Positions 58,330 through 64,000 of a DNA stretch of 64,000 nucleotides are shown piece after piece (within the stretch, counting starts at the first letter, position 1; every line of letters starts with the position of its first letter). The position numbers and the translations under genes are program-made. Origin of the DNA: an uncultured Verrucomicrobiota bacterium (GTDB taxonomy: Bacteria; Verrucomicrobiota; Verrucomicrobiia; Limisphaerales; UBA9464); assembly GCA_964525755.1 (NCBI GenBank), contig CAZGIK010000004.1:85293-149292 (forward strand), written 5' to 3'. The notes beneath the pieces are model-generated. The model ran no database searches. It was not told the DNA's origin and worked only from the letters and a program-made list of their open reading frames with translations.

Positions 58330-58465
58330 GGGGTTGGTTGGACCCTGCCGGTCCCCTGATGGGGGCCGGGGACGGGGTCCGGTCGGACACCGTGTGACCG
58401 GCCGGGCCCCCAGTCTCCGAATCCACCTGTCCGGTCCCGTGCCGGGCGTCCATGATCCCGGTGAA

Positions 58466-59677
58466 GTGGCCACCGACTACGAGTTGCTGCGCGAGTACGT
58501 GGAGTCCGGTTCCGAGCCGGCCTTCACGGCCCTGGTGAACCGGCATGCCGGGACCGTGTACGCGTCCGCCCTGCGCCAGACCCGGAATCCGGAGATGGCC
58601 GAGGAGGTGACCCAGGCGGTGTTCATCCTGCTCGCCCGCAAGGCGGCCACGTTCAATTCCCGGGTGATCCTCGGGGGATGGCTGTTCCGGGCGGCCCACT
58701 TCGCCGCCCGCGACCTCGCCAAGTCCGAACACCGCCGCCAACGCCGCGAAACCGCCGCCTACCACATGTCCCCCGAAGACGCCGTACCCCCCGTCGAGCC
58801 GGTCGATGAATCCCTGTGGACCCGGGTGGCACCGGTGCTGGACCGGAGTCTCCATCGGCTGGCGGATGCCGACCGCCACGCCCTCCTGCTGCGGTTCTTC
58901 GAGAATCGGAGCCTGGCCGAGGTCGGCGCGGCGCTGGGCATCGCCGAGGATGCGGCCCGGAAGCGCGTCCGGCGGGCCCTCGACCGCCTCCGGCTGCTGC
59001 TCTCCCGGGACGGCCTCGACGTGGGATCCGAGGCCCTCGCCCCGCTCCTGACCCGGAGCACGGCGGTGGCACCGCCCCTCCACCTGGCCGCCCAGTCGGT
59101 GGCGGCGGCCTTGGGCAGTGCCGGTTCCTCCTCCGTTCCCACCACCCTGCCCTTGGTCGCGGACCTCGCCACGGCCACCGCACGGCACCTAGCCTGGTGG
59201 CACTGGAAAGGCTGGGTCCTCGGCACGACCCTCCTCGCCCTCACCACCGGGGGATCCGCCCTCGCCCTCCGGATCGCCCGGGCCGCCCCCCCGGCCGGGG
59301 TGCGTTCCGCAACGGCCGGAGACGACTACTCGGCCGCCGGGTTTCCATCGGCTGAACCCGTCCACGAGTTCATCCGCGACCTCCAGGCCCGGGTGCTGCA
59401 GGCCGACGCCGCGGGGATTGCCCGGGGGGTCCGGTTCCCGCTGCGCGTCAACCATCCGGGCGGCACGCGATGGATCGCCGACGAGGCGGCCTTCCTCGCC
59501 GGGTATCCGGACCTGATCAACCGCGACGTGGCCAGCCTCATCCTGAAGTGCCCCCGGACCGGGCTGCTGGCCCGGGACCGCGGGGTGATGATCGGGACGG
59601 GCGAGGTCTGGCTGGCGCCGGCCGATCCCGGGGCCGGCGATGTCCGGCCGCGGATCATCGCCCTGAATCTTCCCTAG
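58466..59677 (+). CDS. ECF sigma factor fused to an anti-sigma-like linker, one TM segment and a ~125-aa extracytoplasmic domain
   Basis: Frame of track ORF 58253..59677; the start is GTG 58466 or GTG 58439. Sigma-2 block ELLREYVESGSEPAFTALVNRHAGTVYASALRQTRNPEMAEEVTQAVFILLARK, sigma-4 block ALLLRFFENRSLAEVGAALGIAEDAARKRVRRALDRLR, TM segment WKGWVLGTTLLALTTGGSALAL, then a soluble C-terminal domain. Confidence 0.75.
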   Translation: MATDYELLREYVESGSEPAFTALVNRHAGTVYASALRQTRNPEMAEEVTQAVFILLARKAATFNSRVILGGWLFRAAHFAARDLAKSEHRRQRRETAAYHMSPEDAVPPVEPVDESLWTRVAPVLDRSLHRLADADRHALLLRFFENRSLAEVGAALGIAEDAARKRVRRALDRLRLLLSRDGLDVGSEALAPLLTRSTAVAPPLHLAAQSVAAALGSAGSSSVPTTLPLVADLATATARHLAWWHWKGWVLGTTLLALTTGGSALALRIARAAPPAGVRSATAGDDYSAAGFPSAEPVHEFIRDLQARVLQADAAGIARGVRFPLRVNHPGGTRWIADEAAFLAGYPDLINRDVASLILKCPRTGLLARDRGVMIGTGEVWLAPADPGAGDVRPRIIALNLP

Positions 59678-59706
59678 CCCCCCGGAAACACGCCTGCGAG
59701 GATCCC

Positions 59707-60468
59707 ATGGTGAACGTCCGACCGACATCCCCCGCCGTCGCGGGCGGCCGCGCGTTCACCGTCGCCGAGCTGCTGGTCGTCACGGCGATCATCGGGATCC
59801 TCGCCAGCCTCCTCCTCCCGGCCCTCTCCGCCGCCCAGCGTCGGGCCCGGAGCCTCCGCTGCGCCCAGAACCTGCGCCAGCTCGGGCTGGGCATGCGGAT
59901 GTATGCCGATGCCGACCCGGCCGGCCTGCTGCCCGGGCCGACCCGGAGCGGACGTCCCCCCGTGGGCCTTGATCCGTCCCCGTCCTGGGTGCATCAGCTC
60001 CGCGACCCGCTGGGGAATGTCGACGGCATCCGGATCTGTCCGGCGGACCCGTACGCCGCCGGGCGTCGGGCCGACGCCGGCAGCAGCTACGTGCTGAACG
60101 AGTACACGTCGGCCGCCCCCCGCCCCCTGCCCCTTCCGGACCTGCCGCCGTCGGCCCAGATGGTCGATCCCGACGGGCGTCCGCTCCTGCCGCCGCGCCA
60201 CATCCGCCGCCTCGACGCCCTGCCGCGTCCGTCGGAGACGATGCTCGCCTTCGAGGGTTCCGATCTCGGCTACCTGCTGGGCGACGAGCGCACCCATCCC
60301 GACACCTGGTTCTTCGGCTGGGAAAACGTCCTCGCCGACATCGCCCCGGAACGGCATTCCGGCGCGGCGAACTACCTGTTCGCCGACGGCCACGTCGAGG
60401 CGATCCGGGCCGTGCGACTGCGGGCACGGCTGGCGGCCGGCGACCACTTCGCCATCCCCCCCCGCTGA
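59707..60468 (+). CDS. Prepilin-type N-terminal domain protein with the H-X9-DG motif (DUF1559 / TIGR04294-like)
   Basis: Tail of track ORF 59470..60468, starting at ATG 59707. N-terminus RAFTVAELLVVTAIIGILASLLLPALSAAQRRARSLRCAQNLRQLGLGM. The C-terminal HSGAANYLFADGHVE is an exact H-X9-DG. Confidence 0.85.
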   Translation: MVNVRPTSPAVAGGRAFTVAELLVVTAIIGILASLLLPALSAAQRRARSLRCAQNLRQLGLGMRMYADADPAGLLPGPTRSGRPPVGLDPSPSWVHQLRDPLGNVDGIRICPADPYAAGRRADAGSSYVLNEYTSAAPRPLPLPDLPPSAQMVDPDGRPLLPPRHIRRLDALPRPSETMLAFEGSDLGYLLGDERTHPDTWFFGWENVLADIAPERHSGAANYLFADGHVEAIRAVRLRARLAAGDHFAIPPR

Positions 60469-60473
60469 TCCCC

Positions 60474-61727
60474 ATGGATCGCCCCGTCGCCATCCTCCGG
60501 ACCGCCGGCGCCCTGCTGGCCTGCCTGCCCCTGGCGGTGGCCGACCCGGAGTTCGTTCCCGTCTCCGGCACCGGCGGCCTGCTGCTGGTCGGATGGGGTG
60601 GCGGGACGGACGACGCGTTCTCCGACTACCAGCTGGGGCAGGTCGTCTCCGCGGCCGGATGGGAATCGGCCTTCGATCCGCCGATGCCCCTCCCGCTCGA
60701 CCCCGCCGCGGGAGCGGACGCAACGGGGGTGGAGCTGCCGGTGGACCCGGTCACCCACGACACGGTGGGGGTGGCCTGCGGGGAGTTCCACACGCTGCTC
60801 CTCCGGCGCGATGGCACCGTCACCGCCCGGGGCTGGAACCGGGCCGGCCAGTCGAGCGTGCCGACCGGCCTCGCGCGCGTGGTCGGCATCGCCTGCGGCG
60901 CCGACCACAGCCTCGCCGTGCGGACGGACGGGACGGTGGTGGCCTGGGGATGGAATGCCCATGGGCAATGCGACGTTCCGACGGATCTTCCCCCCGTGCA
61001 GCAGGTGGCCGGGGGGGCGTTCCACAGCGTGGCCCTCCTTCGCGACGGCCGGGTGGCCGCCTGGGGACGAAACCATTTCGGCCAGACCGATCTGCCCGAC
61101 GGCCTGACCAACGTCGTGGCCGTGTCGGCCGGGGCCACCCACAGTGTGGCGCTGCGGCTCGACGGCACCGTGGTGGTCTGGGGTGGATTCAGCGAAGGCC
61201 TCCGCACCCCCCCGCCCCGTGCCCGCGCGCTGAAGGCCGTCGCCGCCGGGGCGTACTTCAGCCTCGGTCTCCGGGATGACGGCCGGGTGGTGGCCTGGGG
61301 CGACGATGCCGGCGGCCTCCTCCAACCGCCGGCGGATCTGGCGGACGTGGTGGCCATCGCCGCGGGCAACTACCACGCCATGGCCCTGCGGCGCGACGGC
61401 ACCGTCCGCGTGTGGGGGACACCCGACTCCGGGGTCCCGCCCCCCCCGCCGGCCCTCCGGGGTGTGGCGGCCATCGCCGCGGGCGGATTCCACGGCCAGG
61501 TGCTCGTCCAGTCCGCCCCCTACCTCGACCGCATCCGCCGCACGGCCGACGGCCTCCGCTGCCAGTTGAACCTGCCCGCCGGCCGGCGCTTTGTGGTGGA
61601 GGCGTCCCGGGACCTGGTCCGCTGGGAGCCGGTGGGCGAGGACATCGCCCAGCCCGGGCGCTATGAACTCCAGTGGCCGGTCACCCCGACCGGCATGGCG
61701 TTCCGGAGGATCCGTCCGACCTGGTAG
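60474..61727 (+). CDS. Secreted RCC1-repeat beta-propeller protein
   Basis: Track ORF. Signal peptide MDRPVAILRTAGALLACLPLAVA. Six to seven repeats of the type ACGADHSLAVRTDGTVVAWGWNAHGQCDVP. Confidence 0.85.
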   Translation: MDRPVAILRTAGALLACLPLAVADPEFVPVSGTGGLLLVGWGGGTDDAFSDYQLGQVVSAAGWESAFDPPMPLPLDPAAGADATGVELPVDPVTHDTVGVACGEFHTLLLRRDGTVTARGWNRAGQSSVPTGLARVVGIACGADHSLAVRTDGTVVAWGWNAHGQCDVPTDLPPVQQVAGGAFHSVALLRDGRVAAWGRNHFGQTDLPDGLTNVVAVSAGATHSVALRLDGTVVVWGGFSEGLRTPPPRARALKAVAAGAYFSLGLRDDGRVVAWGDDAGGLLQPPADLADVVAIAAGNYHAMALRRDGTVRVWGTPDSGVPPPPPALRGVAAIAAGGFHGQVLVQSAPYLDRIRRTADGLRCQLNLPAGRRFVVEASRDLVRWEPVGEDIAQPGRYELQWPVTPTGMAFRRIRPTW

Positions 61728-61824
61728 ATCCCACGTTCAGGGATTCCCCGACTTGCCGCCCCCGACGTCCGAACCGACCTTTTCCATGAAAGCCCCTGCC
61801 CGTTTCCCGCACCGGAGGTTCTCC

Positions 61825-64000
61825 ATGACACATCCCGTAACCGCCTGGCTCCTGATCGCCCTCCTGCTGTCCCTGGTCACCCTGCCGGCCCGGGCCGCCG
61901 ACCCCGCCCCGCGCATCACCGGGATCGAGGCCCGGGAAGGGCGGCTGTGGGTGTCGGTCGATGTCCCGGAGGGGACCCGTCGGCTCACGCTCGAGACCCG
62001 GTCCCGGCTCGGCCGGGGGACCTGGACGCCCCAGAAGGTGGAATGGCTCGATGGCACCGCGGGGATCCGGGAGTGGGCGCTGGATGTGACCGGGGACTCC
62101 GTCCTCGTCCGGGTCCGGCGCGAGGCCGACGCCGATCTTCCCCTCCCGGCCGGGTTCTTCGCCGGGACCTCCGACTTCGCCCCCGAGACCAGCACCAACG
62201 CCGCCCCGCCGGATGTCTTCTTCGGGCCGGTCGATGCGGTGGCCGGCGGCGGAGAGGATCGGGCGGGTGAGACCCCCCGCGAGGTGGCCGAGTCGGACAT
62301 CTGGCGCCTCGACGGCGACACCCTGTACTTCTTCAACGGCGTCCGCGGCCTGCAGGTGATCGACCTTTCCGATCCCGACGCCCCCGTGCTGGTCGCCACC
62401 CTGCCGCTGGCCGGCCGGGGTGAGCAGATGTACCTGCTGCCGGGCCCACCCGGGGAGGGCCGCTGGCTGGCCCTGCTGACCCAGGACAACTGCGGCGGCT
62501 CGAGCAGCACCGTCCGTCTCGTCCACCATGCCGACACCACCCTGACCCCGGGCGCCGCGTTGCCGGTGACCGGCAGCGTCCGCGAAAGCCGCCTGGTCGG
62601 CACCGCCCTCTACCTCGCCTCGGCCGACTCGTATGCCCGTCCGACCCATACCGTCACCAACGAGGTCGGCGTCATCTCGGTGATCGGCGCCGAGTGGCGG
62701 ACCGACACCGTGGTCACCAGCTTCGACCTGTCCGATCCGACCGCACCCGTCGACGGTGCCGTGCTCCGTCTCCCCGCGTCCCCCGACGCCATCGCGGCGA
62801 CGCCCGAGGCGCTGTGGGTGGCGGTGACCGAGAGGGACGACAGCGAACCGGAGACCCCGTGGTATCTCCGCACCCAGACCCGCCGGGTCCACCGTTTCGA
62901 CATCACCGATCCGGCCGGCGCGGTCGTGTCGGACGGTTCGGTCGTCGTTCGCGGCCGGGTGGCGGACAAGTTCAAGCTGCACCAGGACGGCGACATCCTG
63001 ACGGTGGTCTCCCAGCAGGACGGCCTCTGGCGGCCGGCCGGTGATCCCTCGCTGGGCTGGGTGTTCTTCCCCGCCAAGACGTGGCTCGAGACCTTCCGCT
63101 GGCAGGGCGGCACCGGCACCGCGCTCGGCGTGGTCAAGCTGGTCGAGAACGAATCCCTCTTCGCCACCCGGTTCATCGGCAAGCGGGCCTATGTGGTGAC
63201 CTTCCGCCAGATCGACCCCCTGTGGATCGTCGACCTCTCCGACCCCGCCCGCCCGGAGATCAAGGGCGAGCTGCAGATCCCCGGCTACTCCAGCTACCTC
63301 GAACCCCTCGGGACCGACCGGCTGCTCGCGATGGGCGTGGAGGGCGGGAACGCCACCGTGGCCCTGTTCGACGTGAGCGACGACTCCAACCCCCGCCAGA
63401 TCACCAAGGTCTTCCTCGGGTCGGGCTGGTCCTGGAGCGAGGCGAATTCGGACGAGAAGGCCTTCCGCGTCCTGCCCGACCAGCAGCTCGCCCTGGTGCC
63501 CTGGCAGGGGTACGACGGCGAGCGCTGGACCCAGGCGGTGCAGCTGATCGACTTCACGCCCGACACCCTCGCCCTGCGCGGGGTGATCCGGCATGCGATG
63601 CAGCCGCGGCGTGCCACGGTGGTGGACGACCGGATCGTCTCCGTCTCGGGGCGCGAGCTGCTGGCGGTGGAGTTCACCGACCGCGACGCCCCGGCCGTCA
63701 CCGCCACGCTTCCCCTCGGGTTCCGCGTCGACCGGGTCGCCCGGCTCGGGGATCGGCTGGTGGAGGTGGCGTACGACGCCGACCTGTTCGGCGGGACCGG
63801 CTTCGCCCCCGAGCTGCGACTGGCGCCGGCCTCCGCACCCGATGCGGCCACCGGACGCATCGACCTGCCCCCAGGCCAGGTGGTCGGACTGGCCGTCCGC
63901 GGCTCCGTCGCCCACGTCCTCCAGTTCGAGGGCGACACCTGGCGCACCGAGGAACGCATCGACTGGAAGGAGGCGGCGGGCGGCACGGCCGGCGGTTCCG
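61825..64000 (+). CDS. Secreted beta-propeller-domain protein (PF09826 Beta_propel-like), 5' 725 codons; continues past the right window edge
   Basis: Absent from the ORF track because it has no stop in the window. GGAGG at 61814-61818 precedes ATG 61825. My translation reads MTHPVTAWLLIALLLSLVTLPARA...SDIWRLDGDTLYFFNGVRGLQVIDLSDPDAPVLV...FIGKRAYVVTFRQIDPLWIVDLSDPARPEIKGELQIPGYSSYLEPLG...VALFDVSDDSNPRQI...SEANSDEKAF. This matches the family's hallmark blocks from memory. Confidence 0.75.
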   Translation, partial: MTHPVTAWLLIALLLSLVTLPARAADPAPRITGIEAREGRLWVSVDVPEGTRRLTLETRSRLGRGTWTPQKVEWLDGTAGIREWALDVTGDSVLVRVRREADADLPLPAGFFAGTSDFAPETSTNAAPPDVFFGPVDAVAGGGEDRAGETPREVAESDIWRLDGDTLYFFNGVRGLQVIDLSDPDAPVLVATLPLAGRGEQMYLLPGPPGEGRWLALLTQDNCGGSSSTVRLVHHADTTLTPGAALPVTGSVRESRLVGTALYLASADSYARPTHTVTNEVGVISVIGAEWRTDTVVTSFDLSDPTAPVDGAVLRLPASPDAIAATPEALWVAVTERDDSEPETPWYLRTQTRRVHRFDITDPAGAVVSDGSVVVRGRVADKFKLHQDGDILTVVSQQDGLWRPAGDPSLGWVFFPAKTWLETFRWQGGTGTALGVVKLVENESLFATRFIGKRAYVVTFRQIDPLWIVDLSDPARPEIKGELQIPGYSSYLEPLGTDRLLAMGVEGGNATVALFDVSDDSNPRQITKVFLGSGWSWSEANSDEKAFRVLPDQQLALVPWQGYDGERWTQAVQLIDFTPDTLALRGVIRHAMQPRRATVVDDRIVSVSGRELLAVEFTDRDAPAVTATLPLGFRVDRVARLGDRLVEVAYDADLFGGTGFAPELRLAPASAPDAATGRIDLPPGQVVGLAVRGSVAHVLQFEGDTWRTEERIDWKEAAGGTAGGS

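Noticed and set aside
61681-63915. 744-aa minus-strand ORF, the only long track ORF at the right end
   Set aside because: It is antisense to an unlisted plus-strand gene that runs off the window (ATG 61825). That gene has a signal peptide, an upstream GGAGG and clear Beta_propel-family blocks. The minus-strand translation is G/R/P/D junk.

Overview
Very GC-rich window with strong third-position GC bias (roughly two-thirds G+C by eye, not computed). The bias produces many long spurious antisense ORFs in the six-frame track. Gene content points to the PVC superphylum, most likely Verrucomicrobiota: prepilin-type H-X9-DG proteins, a PVC-type CxxCH/dehydrogenase giant protein, ThuA, DUF1080 and LVIVD domains, and ECF sigma plus Ser/Thr kinase pairs. 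This is an inference from family content, not a database result.

I call 54 protein-coding genes. Two are cut by the window edges and absent from the ORF track: mutM at the left edge and a beta-propeller-domain gene at the right edge.

- Housekeeping genes dominate 0-30 kb and 39-43 kb: purK, tyrA-aroA-cmk, tilS, ftsH, proA, rsfS, ispH, the rfbA/rfbB rhamnose genes, rsmA, queE, gatCA and serS.
- The rest is PVC-style accessory content: secreted beta-propellers, TAT-exported enzymes, sigma/kinase signalling pairs and a 1,719-aa multidomain redox protein.
- I saw no rRNA, tRNA, CRISPR array, transposase, integrase, phage genes or recognisable defence genes.

I cannot point to a clearly novel multi-gene system with confidence. 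The most unusual items, in order:
1. A four-helix-bundle (23S-IVS/Avd family) ORF bracketed by a 29/31-matching inverted repeat made of GGCNAAR heptamers. It sits inside the rhamnose operon and overlaps the neighbouring gene's stop codon (20900-21369).
2. An operon encoding a membrane-tethered ECF sigma/anti-sigma-like fusion, an H-X9-DG pseudopilin-like protein and a secreted RCC1 propeller, followed by a PF09826-like propeller (58.4-64 kb).
3. A Ser/Thr kinase and ECF sigma pair with a 4-nt overlap, divergent from an LVIVD propeller gene (30.2-35.9 kb).
4. proA translationally coupled to an uncharacterised ATP-grasp-like gene.
5. An MtnK-like kinase coupled to a TAT-signal ADP-ribosylglycohydrolase.

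All family assignments come from motif recognition by eye in the translations. None is a database hit.
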